Shown piece by piece: positions 1 through 15,279 of a DNA stretch of 64,000 bases. Made by a program: the position numbers and the translations under genes. The stretch is from NCBI RefSeq assembly GCF_009914755.1, contig NC_060933.1. One strand, given 5' to 3'. Within the stretch, counting starts at the first letter, position 1. Each line of letters opens with the position of its first letter. Below the pieces are notes generated by a model. It was given only the letters and a program-made list of their open reading frames with translations. It made no database searches and was not told the DNA's origin. The stretch is from the human T2T-CHM13v2.0 reference genome, Homo sapiens.

Positions 1-1579
1 CATTCCATTCCATTCCATTCCATTCCATTGCATTGTACTCGGGTTGATTCCATTCCATTGCATTCCATTCCATTCCATTCCATTCCATTCCATTCCGTTC
101 CATTCCATTCCATTACATTCGGATTGATTCTTTTCAACTCCCTTACTCTCCACTACATTCCATTCCATTCGGGTTGTTCCATTCCATTCCATTCCATTCC
201 ACTCCATTCCATTGCACTCGGGTGGATTCCATTCCATTCCATTCCATTCCATTCCATTCCGGATGATTCCATTGCATTGCATTCCGTTCCATTACATTCC
301 CCTGCACTCGGGTTGATTCCATTCCATTCCATTCCATTCCATTCGATTCCATTCCATTCCCCTGCACTCGCGTTGATTCCATTCCATTCCATTCCATTCC
401 ATTCCATTCCATTCCATTCCATTCCTTTCCATTCCAGTCCTTTCCATTCCATTCCACTCGGGTTGATTCTATTCTATTTGTTTCCATTCCATTCCATTCC
501 CTTCCATTCTACTCGGGTTGATTCCATTCCATTCCATTGCACTCCATTCGGTTCCGTTCCATTCCATTCTATTGCATTCCATTCTATTCGGGTTAATTCC
601 ATTCCATTCTATTCCATTCCATTCCATTCCATTCCATTGCAATGGAGTTGATTCCATTCCATTCCATTCCATCCCGGATGATTCCATTCCATTGCATTCC
701 ATTCCATTCCATTCCCCTGCACTCGTGTTGATTCCATTCCCTTCCATTCCATTCTATTCCGTTCCATTCCATTCCATTCCATTCTATTCCGGTTAATTCC
801 ATTCCATTCCATTCCATTCCATTCCATTCCATTCCATTGCAATCGAGTTGATTCCACTCCATTCCTTTCCATTCCATTCCATTGCCTTGCATTCCACTCG
901 GGTTGACTCCATTCCCTTCTTTCCCCTCCATTAGATTCCCTTCCATTCCACTCGGAATGATTGATTCCATTCCATTCCATTCCGTTTCATTCCATTGCAA
1001 TCCATTCCAATCCATTCCATTCCATTCCATTCCAGTCGAGTTGACTTCATTCCATTCCTTTCCATTCCATTCCATTCCTTTCCACTCGAGTTGATTCCAT
1101 TCCATTCCATTCCATTGCATTCCATACCATTCCTTTCCCCTGCACTCGGGTTGATTCCATTCCATTCCATTCCATTTAATTCCATTCCATTCCATTCCAA
1201 TCCGTTCCATTCCATTCCATTCTATTCCATTGCAATCGACTTGATTCCATTCCATTCCATTCCATTCCATTCCATTCCATTCCATTCCATTCCATTCCAT
1301 TTTGCTCCAATCCATTCTATTCCGAACCATTCCATTCCATTCCATTTCATTCCATTCCATTCCATTCCATTCCATTTTGTTCCAATCCATTCTATTCCGA
1401 ACCATTCCATTCCATTCCATTCCATTCCATTCCATTCCATTCCATGCCATTCCACTCGGGTTGATTCCATTCCTTTCCATTCCATTCCTCTCCATTCCAT
1501 TGCACTCGGGTTGATTCCATTCCATTGCATTCCATTCCATTCCATTCAATTCCATTCCATTCCATTCCATTCCGTTCCA

Positions 1580-2630
1580 TTGCTTTCCATTACATTCGGA
1601 TTGATTCTATTCAATTCCCTTACACTCCATTACATTCCATTCCATTCGGGTAGTTTCCACTCCATTCCATTCCATTCCTCTCCATTCCATTGCACTCGGG
1701 TTGATTCCATTCCATTGCATTCCATTCCATTCCATTCAATTCCATTCCGTTCCATTCCATTCCATTACATTCGGATTGATTCTATTCAACTCCCTTACTC
1801 TCCATTACATTCGATTCCATTCGGGTTGTTCCATTCCATTCCATTCCATTCCACTCCATTCCATTGCACTCGGGTTGATTCCATTCCATTCCATTCCATT
1901 CCATTCCGGAAGATTCCGTTCCATTGCATTCCATTACATTCCATTCCCCTGCACTCGCGTTGATTCCATTCCATTCCATTCCATTCCATTCCATTCCGTT
2001 CCATTCCATTCCATTCCGTTCCATTCCATTCCGTTCCTTTCCATTCCATTCCATTCCATTCTATTCGGGTTAATTCCATTCCATTCCATTCTATTGCAAT
2101 CGTGTTTATTCCATTCCATTCCATTCCATTGCATTCCATTCCATTCGATTCCATTCGATTGCACTCGGGTTGATTCCATTCCATTGCATTCCATTCCATT
2201 CAATTCCATTCCATTCCATTCCTTTCCGTTCCATTCCATTCCATTACATTCGGATTGATTCTATTCAATTCCCTTACACTCCATTACATTCCATTCCATT
2301 CGGGTAGTTTCCACTCCATTCCATTCCATTCCTCTCCATTCCATTGCACTCGGGTTGATTCCATTCCATTGCATTCCATTCCGTTCCATTCAATTCCATT
2401 CCGTTCCATTCCATTCTATTACATTCGGATTGATTCTATTCAACTCCCTTACTCTCCGTTACATTCCATTCCATTCGGGTTGTTCCATTCCATTCCATTC
2501 CATTCCACTCCATTCCATTGCACTCGGGTTTATTCCATTCCATTCCATTCCATTCCATTCCATTCCATTCCATTACGGAAGATTCCATTCCATTGCATTC
2601 CATTCCATTCCATTCCCCTGCACTCGCGTT
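1580..2630 (+). repeat. Local direct duplication, ~654-bp period
   Basis: The private variant GGGTAGTTTCCACTCC occurs at ~1648 and ~2302. The paralogous ORFs start at 1701 and 2355 (offset 654). Confidence 0.7.
1903..1917. promoter_or_regulatory. Canonical three-unit heat-shock element motif nTTCn-nGAAn-nTTCn (first of ~30 copies in the window)
   Basis: The sequence aTTCc gGAAg aTTCc matches the HSF1 consensus of three inverted nGAAn units. This is a motif match only; occupancy is not shown. Confidence 0.5.
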
Positions 2631-5600
2631 GATTCCATTGCTTTCCATTCCATTCCATTCCGTTCCATTCCATTCCTTTCCGTTCCATTCCATTCCGTTC
2701 CATTCCATTCCATTCCTTTCCGTTCCGTTCCGTTCCATTCCATTCCATTCCATTCCATTCTATTCGGGTTAATTCCATTCCATTCCATTCCATTCCATTC
2801 CATTCCATTCCATTCCAATCGAGTTGATTCCATTCCATTCCATTCCATTCCATTCCACTCCATTCCAGTCCTTTCCATTCCATTCCACTCGGGTTGATTC
2901 CAATGAATTCCTTTCCATTCCATTCCATTCCATTGCAATCGAGTTGATTCCATTGCTTTGCATTCCATTCCATTCCATTCCATTCCGGATGATTCCATTC
3001 CATTGCATTCCATTCCATTCCATTCCCCTGCACTCGGGTTGATTCCATTCCATTGCACTCCATTCCGTTCCATTCCATTCCATTCGATTGTATTCGGGTT
3101 AATTCCATTCCATTCCATTCCATTCCATCACAGTCGAGTTGGTTCCATTCCATTCAATTCCATTCCATTCCATTCCATTCCATTCCGGATGATTCCATTC
3201 CATTACATTCCGTTCCATTACATTCCCCTGCACTCGGGTTGATTCCTTTCCATTCCAATCCATTCCATTCGATTCCATTCCATTCCAATTCTTTCAATTC
3301 CATTCTATTCCGTACCATTCCATTCCATTCCATACCATTCCATTCCATTCCATTCCATTCCGTTCCGTTCCGTTCCGTTCCATTCCATTCCATTCCATTT
3401 TATTCGGGTTAATTCCATTCCATTCCATTCCATTCCATTCTATTCCATTCCATTGCAATCGAGTTGAATCCATTGCATTCAATTCCATTCCATTCCATTC
3501 CATTGCAATCGAGTTGAATCCATTGCATTCCCTTCCATTCCATTCCGGAAGATTCCATTCCATTGCATTCCATTCCATTCCATTCCCCTGCACTCGCGTT
3601 GATTCCATTCCATTCCATTCCATTCCATTCCATTCCATTCCATTCCGTTCCGTTCCGTTCCGTTCCATTCCATTCCATTCCATTCCGTTCTGTTCCATTC
3701 CATTCCATTCCATTCTATTCGGATTAATTCCATTCCATTCCATTCGATTGCAATCGTGTTGATTCCATTCCATTCCAATCCATTCCATTCCATTCCATTC
3801 CATTCCATTCCATTTCATTCCTTTCCATTCCATTACGGATGATTCCATTCCATTGCTTTCCATTCCATTCCATTCCCCTGTACTCGAGTTGATTCCATTC
3901 CATTGCATTCCAATCCATGCCCTTCCACTCGTGTTGATTCCATTCTTTCCATTCCATTCAAGTTGAATCCATTCCATTGCATTCCATTCCATTCGATTCC
4001 ATTCGATTGCACTCGGGTTGATTCCATTCCATTGCATTCCATTCCATTCCATTCCATTCCATTCCATTCCATTCCATTCCGTTCCATTCCATTCCATTAC
4101 ATTCGGATTGATTCTATTCAATTCCCTTACACTCCATTAGATTCCATTCCATTCGGGTAGTTTCCATTCACTTCCATTCCATTCCTCTCCATTCCATTGC
4201 ACTCGGGTTGATTCCATTCCATTGCATTCCATTCCATTCCATTCAATTGCATTCCGTTGCATTCCATTCCATTACATTCGGATTGACTCTATTCAACTCC
4301 CTTACTCTCCATTACATTCCATTCCATTCGGGTTGTTCCATTCCATTCCATTCCATTCCACTCCATTCCATTGCACTCGGGTTTATTCCATTCCATTCCA
4401 TTCCATTCCATTCCATTCCATTCCATTCCATTCCGGAAGATTCCATTCCATTGCATTGCATTCCATTCCATTCCCCTGCACTCGCGTTGATTCAATTCCA
4501 TTCTATTCCATTCCATTCCATTCCATTCCTCTCCGTTGCATTCCATTCCATTCCATTCCATTCCATTCCATTCCGTTCCGTTCCGTTCCATTCCATTCCA
4601 TTCCATTCCATTCTATTCGGGTTAATTCCATTCCATTCCATTCGATTGCAATCGAGTTCATTCCATTCCATTCCATTCCATTCCATTCCATTCCATTCCA
4701 TTCCTTTCCATTCCATTACGGATGATTCCATTCCATTGCATTCCATTCCATTCCATTCCCCTCTACTCGGGTTGATTCCATTCCATTCCATTCCAATACA
4801 TGCCATTCCACTCGTGTTGATTCCATTCTTTCCATTCCATTCAAGTTGAATCCATTCCATTGCATTCCATTCCATTCCATTCCCCTGCAGTCGGGTTGAT
4901 TCCATTCCATTGCATTCCATTCCATTCCATTCCATTGCATTCCATTCCATTCCATTCCGTTCCGTTCCATTCCATTCCATTCCTTTCTATTCGGGTTAAT
5001 TCCATTCCATTCCATTCCATTCCATTCCATTCCATTCCAATCAAGTTGATTCCTTTCCATTCCATTCCATTCCATTCCACTCCATTCCAGTCCTTTCCAT
5101 TCCATTCCACTCGGGTTGATTCCAATGTATTCCTTTCCATTCCATTCCATTCTATTGCAATCGAGTTGATTCCATTGCTTTGCATTCCATTCCATTCCAT
5201 TCCATTCCGGATGATTCCATTCCATTGCATTCCATTCCATTCCATTCCCCTGCACTCGGGTTTATTCCATTCCATTCCACTACATTCCGTTCCATTCCAT
5301 TCCATTCCATTGCATTCGGGTTAATTCCATTCCATTCCTTTCCATTCCATTCCATTCCGTTACAATCGAGTTGATTCCATTCCATTCCATTCCATTCCAG
5401 TCCTTTCCATTCCATTCCACTCGGGTTGATTCCATTCTATTAGTTTCCATTCCATTCCATTCCCTTCCATTCCACTCTGGTTGATTCCATTCCTTTCCAT
5501 TCCACTCGAATACATTCCCTCCTATTCCACTCGGAACGATTCCATTCTATTCCATTCCATTCCATTCCATTCCATTCCCCTGTACTCGGGTTGATTCCAT

Positions 5601-8600
5601 TCCATTCCATTCCACTGCATTCGGTTCCGTTGCATTCCATTCTATTGCATTCCATTCTATTCGGGTTAATTCCATTCCATTCTATTCCATTCCATTCCAT
5701 TCCATTCCACTGCAATGGAGTTGATTCCATTCCATTCCATTCCATTCCGGATGATTCCATTCCGTTGCATTCCATTCCATTCCATTCCCCTGCACTCGTG
5801 TTGATTCCATTCCCTTCCATTCCATTCCATTCCGTTCCATTCCATTCCATTCCATTCTATTCGGGTTAATTCCATTCCATTCCATTCGATTGCAATCGAG
5901 TTGATTCCATTCCATTCCATTCCATTCCATTCCATTCCATTCCATTCCATTCCATTACGGATGATTCCATTCCATTGCATTCCATTCCATTCCATTCCCC
6001 TGTAGTCGGGTTGATTCCACTCCATTCCATTCCAATCCATGCCATTCCACTCGTGTTGATTCCATTCTTTCTATTCCATTCAAGTTGAATCCATTCCATT
6101 GCATTCCATTCCATTCCATTACCCTGCAGTCGGCTTGATTCCATTCCATTCCATTCCATTCCATTCCATTCCATTCCATTCCGTTCCGTTCCATTCCATT
6201 CCATTCCATTCCATTCGGGTTAACTCCATTCCATTCCATTCCATTCCAATCGAGTTGATTCCATTCCATTCCATTCCATTCCGTTCCACTCCATTCCAGT
6301 CCTTTCCATTCCATTCCACTCGGGTTGATTCCAATGTATTCCTTTCCATGCCATTCCATTCCATTGCAATCGAGTTGATTCCATTGCTTTGCATTCCATT
6401 CCATTCCATTCCATTCCGGATGATTCCATTCCATTGCATTCCATTCCATTCCATTCCCATGCACTCGGGTTGATTCCATTCCATTCCCCTCCATTCCATT
6501 CCATTCCATTCCATTACAATCGAGTTGATTCCATTCCATTCCATTCCATTCCAGTCCTTTCCATTCCATTCCTCTCAGGTTGATTCCATTCTATTAGTTT
6601 CCATTCCATTCAATTCCCTTCCATTCCACTATGGTTGATTCCATTCCTTTCCATTCCACTCGAATACATTCCCTTCTATTCCACTCGGAACGATTCCATT
6701 CCATTCCATTCCATTCCATTCCATTCCATTCCATTCCATTCCATTCCATTCCATTTCGTTCCATTCCATTCTATTCTGTATCATTCCATTCCATTCCATT
6801 CCATTCCATTCCATTCCATTCCATTCCATTCCTTTCCATTCCATTACGGATGATTCCATTCCATTGCATTCCATTCAATTCCATTCCCCTGTACTCGGGT
6901 TGATTCCATTCCATTCCATTCCAATCCATGCCATTCCACTCGTGATGATTCCATTCTTTCCATTCCATTCAAGTTGAATCCATTCCATTGCATTCCATTC
7001 CATTCCATTCCCCTCCAGTCGGGTTGATTCCATTCCATTCCATTCCATTCCATTCCTTTCCATTCCATTCCGTTCCGTTCCATTCCATTCCACTCCATTC
7101 TATTCGGGTTAATTCCATTCCATTCCATTCCATTCCATTCCATTCCATTCCAATCGAGTTGATTTCATTCCATTCCATTCCATTCCATTCCACTCCATTC
7201 CAGTCCTTTCCATTCCATTCCACTCGGGTTGATTCCAATGTATTCCTTTCCATTCCATTCCATTCCATTGCAATCGAGTTGATTCCATTGCTTTGCATTC
7301 CATTCCATTCCATTCCGTTCCGAATGATTCCATTCCATTGCATTCCATTCCATTCTAATCCCCTGCTCTCGGGTTGCTTCCATTCCATTCCACTCCATTC
7401 CGTTCCATTCCATTCCATTCCATTGTATTCGGGTTAATTCCATTCCATTCCTTTACATTCCATTCCATTCCATTCCATTCCATTCCCCTGCACTCGCGTT
7501 GATTCCATTCCATTCCATTCCATTCCATTCCATTCCATTCTATTCCATTCCTTTCCGTTCCATTCCATTCCATTCCATTCCATTCCAATCCATTCCATTC
7601 CGTTCCGTTCCATTCCATTCCATTCTATTCGGGTTAATTCCATTCCATTCCATTCGATTGCAATCGAGTTGATTCCATTCCATTCCATTCCATTCCATTC
7701 CATTCCTTTCCATTCCATTACGGATGATTCCATTCCATTGCATTCCATTCCATTCCATTCCGCTGTACTCGGGTTGATTCCATTCCATTCCATTCCAATC
7801 CATGCCATTCCACTCGTGTGGATTCCATTCTTACCGTTCCATTCAAGTTGAATCCATTCCATTGCATTCCATTCCATTCCATTCCCCTGCAGTCAGGTTG
7901 ATTCCATTCCATTCCATTCCATTCCATTCCATTCCATTCCATTCCATTCCGTTCCATTCCATTCCACTCCATTCTATTCGGGTTAATTCCATTCCATTCC
8001 ATTCCATTCCATTCCAATCGAGTTGATTTCATTCCATTCCATTCCATTCCATTCCACTGCATTCCAGTCCTTTCCACTCCATTCCACTCGGTTTGATTCC
8101 AATGTATTCCTTTCCATTCCATTCCATTCCATTGCAATCGAGTTGATTCCATTGCTTTGCATTCCATTCCATTCCATTCCATTCCGGATGATTCCATTCC
8201 ATTGCATTCCATTCCATTCCATTCCCCTGCACTCGCGTTGATTCCATTCCATTCCATTCCATTCCATTCCATTCCGTTCCGTTCCGTTCCGATCCATTCC
8301 ATTCCATTCCATTCCATTCCATTCCGTTCCGCTCCATTCCATTCCATTCCATTCTATTCGGGTTAATTCCATTCCATTCCATTCGATTGCAATCGAGTTG
8401 ATTCCATTCCATTCCATTCCATTCCATTCCATTCCATTCCTTTCCATTCCATTACGGATGATTCCATTCCATTGCATTCCATTCCATTCCATTGCATTCC
8501 ATTCCATTCCATTCCCCTGTACTCGGGTTGATTCCATTCCATTCCATTCCAATCCGTGCCATTCCACTCGTGTTGATTCCATTCTTTCCATTCCATTCAA

Positions 8601-9299
8601 GTTGAATCCATTCCATTGCATTCCATTCCATTCGATTCCATTCGATTGCAGTCGGGTTGATTCCATTCCATTGCATTCCATTCCATTCCATTCCATTCCA
8701 TTCCGTTCCATTCCATTCCATTACATTCGGATTGATTCTATTCAACTCCCTTACTCTCCATTACATTCCATTCCATTCGGGTTGTTCCATTCCATTCCAT
8801 TCCATTCCAGTCCATTCCATTGCACTCGGGTTGATTCCATTCCATTCCATTCTATTCCATTCCATTCCCTTCCTTTCCGTTCCGTTCCATTCCATTCCAT
8901 TCCATTCCATTCCATTCCGTTCCGTTCCATTCCATTCCATTCCATTCTATTCGGGTTAATTCCATTCCATTCCATTCGATTGCATTCGAGTTGATTCCAT
9001 TCCATTCCATTCCATTCCATTCCATTCCATTCCTTTCCATTCCATTACGGATGATTCCATTCCATTGCATTCCATTCCATTCCATGCCCCTGTACTCGGG
9101 TTGATTCCATTCCATTCCATTCCAATCCATGCCATTCCACTCGTGTTGATTCCATTCTTTCCATTCCATTCAAGTTGAATCCATTCCATTGCATTCCATT
9201 CCATTCGATTCCATTCGATTGCACTCGGGTTGATTCCATTCCATTGCATTCCCTTCCATTCCATTGCATTCCCTTCCATTCCATTCCATTCTATTCCGT

Positions 9300-11150
9300 T
9301 CCATTCCATTTCATTACATTCAGATTGATTCTATTCAATTCCCTTACACTCCATTATATTCCAATCCATTCTTGTTGTCTCCATTCCATTCCATTCCATT
9401 TCACTCCATTCCATTGCACTCGGGTTGATTCCATTCCATTCCATTCCATTGCATTCCATTCCATTCCATTCCGGATGATTCCATTCCATTGCTCTCCATT
9501 CCATTCCATTCCTCTGCACTCGGGTTGATTCCATTCCATTCCATTCCATTACATTCCGTTCCGTTCCATTCCATTCATTTCGGATTGATTCTATTCAATT
9601 CCCTTACACTCCATTACATTCCATTCCATTTGGGTAGTTTCCATTCCATTCCATTCCTTTCCTCTCCATTCCATTGCACTCGGGTTGATTCCATTCCATT
9701 CCATTCCATTCCATTCCATTCCATTCCATTCCATTCCATTCCGTTCCATTGTATTCGGGTTGATTCCATTCCATTGCATTCCATTCCATTCCATTCCATT
9801 CCATTCCATTCCATTCCATTCCATTCCGATCCATTCCATTCCATTACATTCGGATTGATTCTTTTCAACTCCCTTACTCTCCATTACATTCCATTCCATT
9901 CGGGTTGTTCCATTCCATTCCATTCCATTCCACTCCATTCCATTGCACTCGGGGTGATTCCATTCCATTCCATTCCATTCCATTCCATTCCATTCCATTC
10001 CTGATGATTCCATTCCATTGCATTCCGTTCCATTACATTCCCCTGCACTCGCGTTGATTCCATTCCATTCCATTCCATTCCATTCAATTCCATTCCATTA
10101 CAATTCGTTCCATTCCATTCTATTCCGTACCATTCCATTCCATTCCATACCATTCCATTCCATTCCATTCCATTCCATTCCGTTCCATTCCGTTCCATTC
10201 CATTCCATTCCATTCTATTCGGATTAATTCCATTCCATTCCGTTCCATTCCATTCTATTCCATTCCATTGCAATCGAGTTGAATCCATTGCATTTCATTC
10301 CATTCCATTCCATTCCATTCCATTCCATTCCATTCCGGAAGATTCCATTCCATTGTATTCCATTCCATTCCATTCCCCTTCACTCGCGTTGATTCCATTC
10401 CATTCCATTCCGTTCCGTTCCGTTCCATTCCATTCCATTCCATTCGATTCCATTCCGTTCCGTTCCATTCCATTCCATTCCATTCTATTCGGGTTAATTC
10501 CATTCCATTCCATTCGATTGCAATCGAGTTGATTCCATTCCATTCCATTCCATTCCATTCCATTCCATTCCATTCCTTTCCATTCCATTACGGATGATTC
10601 CATTCCATTGCATTCCATTCCATTCCATTCCCCTGTAGTCGGGTTGATTCCATTCCATTCCGTTCCAATCCATGCCATTCCATTCGTGTTGATTCCATTC
10701 TTTCCATTCCATTCAAGTTGAATCCATTCCATTGCATTCCATTCCATTCGATTCCTTTCGATTGCACTCGGGTTGATTCCATTCCATGGCATTCCATTCC
10801 ATTCCATTCCATTCCATTCCATTCCATTCCATTCCATTCCATTCCGTTCCATTCCATTTCATTACATTCAGATTGATTCTATTCAATTCCCTTACACTCC
10901 ATTATATTCCAATCCATTCTGGTTGTTTCCATTCCATTCCATTCCATTTCACTCCATTCCATTGCACTCGGTTTGATGCCTTTCCATTCCATTCCATTGC
11001 ATTCCATTCCATTCCATTCCGGATGATTCCATTCCATTGCATTCCTTTCCATTCCATTCCCCTGCACTCGGGTTGATTCCATTCCATTCCATTCCATTAC
11101 ATTCCGTTCCATTCCATTCCATTCCATTCGGATTGATTCTATTCAATTCC
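9300..11150 (+). repeat. Direct repeat of a ~300-bp variant module, ~1.55-kb offset
   Basis: TTCATTACATTCAGATTGATT...CCATTATATTCCAATCCATTCT(T/G)GTTG...TTTCACTCC occurs at ~9310 and ~10858. The paralogous ORFs are 9354 and 10902. Confidence 0.7.
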
Positions 11151-14100
11151 CTTACTCTCCATTGCATTCCATTCCATTCGGGTAGTTTCCATTCCATTCT
11201 ATTCCATTCCTCTCCATTCCATTGCACTCGGGTTGATTCCATTCCATTCCATTCCATTCCTTTACATTACATTACATTACATTCCGTTCCATTGTTCTCG
11301 GGTTGATTCCATTCCATTGCATTCCATTCCATTCCATTCCATTCCATACAATTCCATTCCATTCCATTCCACTCCGTTCCGTTCCGTTCCGTTCCGTTCC
11401 GTTCCATTCCATTCCATTCCATTCTATTCGGTTTAATTCTATTCCATTCCATTCCATTCCATTCTATTCCATTCCATTGCAATCGAGTTGAATCCATTGC
11501 ATTCCATTCCATTCCATTGCATTCCATTCCGGAAGATTCCATTCCATTGCATTCCATTCCATTCCATTCCATTCCATTCCATTCCATTCCATTCCATTGT
11601 ACTCGGGTTGATTCCATTCCATTGCATTCCATTCCATTCCATTCCATTCCATTGCATTCCATTCCATTCCTTTCCATTCCATTCCATTCCATTCCATTCC
11701 GTTGTATTCCATTCCATTACATTCGGATTGATTCTATTCAACTCCCTTACTCTCCATTAATTTCCATTCCATTTGGGTTGTTCCATTCCATTCCATTCCA
11801 TTCCACTCCATTCCATTGCACTCGGGTTGATTCCATTTCATTCCATTCCATTCCATTCCATTCCGGATGATTCCATTCCTTTGCATTCCGTTCCATTACA
11901 TTCCCCTGCACTCGCGTTGATTCCATTCCATTCCATTCCATTCCATTCAATTCCATTCCATTACAATTCGTTCCATTCCATTCTATTCCGTACCATTCCA
12001 TTCCATTCCATACCATTCCATTCCATTCCATTCCATTCCAATCCGTTCCATTCCGTTCCATTCCATTCCATTCCATTCTATTCGGGTTAATTCCATTCCA
12101 TTCCATTCCATTCCATTCCATTCTATTCCATTCCATTGCAATCGAGTTGAATCAATTTCATTTCATTCCATTCCATTCCATTCCATTCCGGAAGATTCCA
12201 TTCCATTGCATTCCATTCCATTCCATTCCCCTGCACTCGCGTTGATTCCATTCCATTCCATTCCATTCCATCCATTCCGTTCCGTTCCGTTCCATTCCAT
12301 TCCATTCCATTCCATTCCATTCCGTTCCGTTCCATTCCATTCCATTCTATTCTATTCGGGTTAATTCCATTCCATTCCATTCGATTGCAATCGAGTTGAT
12401 TCTATTCCATTCCATTCCATTCCATTCCATTCCTTTCCATTCCATTACGGATGACTCCATTCCATTGCATTCCATTCCATTCCATTCCCCTGCACTCGGG
12501 TTGATTCCATTCCATTCCACTCCATTCCGTTCCATTCCATTCCATTCCATTGTATTCGGGTTAATTCCATTCAATTCCATTCCATTCCATTCCATTCCAT
12601 TCCATTACAATCTAGTTGATTCCATTCCATTCCATTCCATTCCAGTCCTTTCCATTCCATTCCACTCGGGTTGATTCCATTCTATTAGTTTCCATTCCAT
12701 TCCATTACCTTCCATTCCACTCTGGTTGATACCATTCCTTTCCATTCCACTCGAATACATTCCCTCCTATTCCATTCGGAACGATTCCATTCCATTCCAT
12801 TCCATTCCATTTCGTTCCATTCCATTCTATTCCGTATCATTCCATTCAATTCCTTTCCATTCCATTGTACTCGGGTTGATTCAATTCCATTGCATTCCAT
12901 TCCATTCCATTCCATTCCATTCCATTCCGTTGCATTCCATTCCATTACATTCGGATTGATTCTATTCAACTCCCTTACTCTCCATTACATTCCACTCCAT
13001 TCGGGTTGTTCCATTCCATTCCATTCCATTCCACTCCATTCCATTGCACTCGGGGTGATTCCATTCCATTCCATTCCATTCCATTCCATTCCATTCCGGA
13101 TGATTCCATTCCATTGCATTCCGTTCCATTACATTCCCCTGCACTCGCGTTGATTCCATTCCATTCCATTCCATTCCATTCCATTCCATTCCATTACAAT
13201 TCGTTCCATTCCATTCTATTCCGTACCATTCCATTCCATTCCATACCATTCCATTCCATTCCATTTCATTCCATTCCGTTCCATTCCGTTCCATTCCATT
13301 CCATTCCATTCTATTCGGATTAATTCCATTCCATTCCATTCCATTCCATTCTATTCCATTCCATTGCAGTCGAGTTGAATCCATTGCATTTCATTCCATT
13401 CCATTCCATTCCATTCCATTCCGTAAGATTCCATTCCATTGCATTCCATTCCATTCCATTCCCCTGCACTCGCGTTGATTCCATTCCATTCCATTCCATT
13501 CCATTCCATTCCGTTCCGTTCCGTTCCATTCCATTCCATTCCATTCCATTCCATTCCATTCCGTTCCGTTCCATTCCATTCCATTCCATTCTCTTCGGGT
13601 TAATTCCATTCCATTCCATTCGATTGCAATCGAGTTGATTCCATTCCATTCCATTCCATTCCATTCCTTTCCATTCCATTCCTTTCCATTCCATTACGGA
13701 TGATTCCATTCCATTGCATTCCATTCCATTCCATTCCCCTGTTCTCTGGTTGATTCCATTCCATTCCATTCCAATCCATGCCATTCCACTCGTGTTGATT
13801 CCATTCTTTCCATTCCATTCAAGTTGAATCCATTCCATTGCATTCCATTCCATTCGATTCCATTCGATTGTACTCGGGTTGATTCCATTCCATTGCATTC
13901 CATTCCATTCCATTCCATTCCATTCCATTCCATTACATTCGGATTTTTTCTATTCAATTCCCTTACACTCCATTACATTCCATTCCATTCGGGTAGTTTC
14001 CATTCCATTCCATTCCATTCCTCTCCATTCCATTGAACTCGGGTTGATTCCATTCCATTGCATTCCATTCCATTCCATTCAATTCCATTCTGTTCCATTC

Positions 14101-15279
14101 CATTCCATTACATTCGGATTGATTCTATTCAACTCCCTTACTCTCCATTACATTCCATTCCATTCGGGTTGTTCCATTCCATTCCATTCCATTCCACTCC
14201 ATTCCATTGCACTCGGGTTGATTCCATTCCATTAAATTCAATTCCATTCCATTCCATTCCATTCCGGGAGATTCCATTCCATTGCATTCCATTCCATTAC
14301 ATTCCATTCCATTCCATTCCTTTCCGTTCCATTCCATTCCATTCCATTCCAATCCATTCCATTCCGTTCCATTCCGTTCCATTCCATTCCATTCCATTCT
14401 ATTCGGGTTAATTCCATTCCATTCCATTCGATTGCAATCGAGTTGATTCCATTCCATTCCATTCAATTCCATTCCATTCTATTCGGGTTAATTCCATTCC
14501 ATTCCATTCGATTGCAATCGAGTTGATTCCATTCCATTCCATTCCATTCCATTCCATTCCATTCCTTTCCATTCCATTACGAATGATTCCATTCCATTGC
14601 ATTCCATTCCATTCCATTCCTCTGTACTCGGGTTGATTCCATTCCATTCCATTCCAATCCATGCCATTCCACTCGTGTTGATTCCATTCTTTCCATTCCA
14701 TTCAAGTTGAATCCATTCCATTGCATTCCATTCCATTCCATTCCCCTGCAGTCGGGTTCTTTCCATTCCATTCCATTCCATTCCATTCCATTCCATTCCA
14801 TTCCGTTCCGTTCTGTCCCATTCCATTCCATTCCATTCTATTCGGGTTAATTCCATTCCATTCCATTCCATTCCATTCCATTCCATTCCAATCGAGTTGA
14901 TTCCATTCCATTCCATTCCATTCCATTCCACTCCATTCCAGTCCTTTCCATTCCATTCCACTCGGGTTGATTCCAATGTATTCCTTTCCATTCCATTCCA
15001 TTCCATTGCAATCGAGTTGATTCCATTGCGTTGCATTCCATTCCATTCCATTCCATTCCGGATGATTCCATTCCATTGCATTCCATTCCATTCCATTCCC
15101 CTGCACTCGTGTTGATTCCATTCCGTTCCACTCCATTCCGTTCCATTCCATTCCATTGCATTGTATTCGGGTTAATTCCATTCCATTCCATTCCATTCCA
15201 TTCCATTCCATTAAAATCGAGTTGATTCCATACCATTCCTTTCCATTCCAGTGCTTTCCATTCCATTCCTCTCGGGTTG

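Noticed and set aside
951-970. DUX4-like TGATTG motif
   Set aside because: It does not complete the TGATTRRRTTA consensus, so it is only a partial match.
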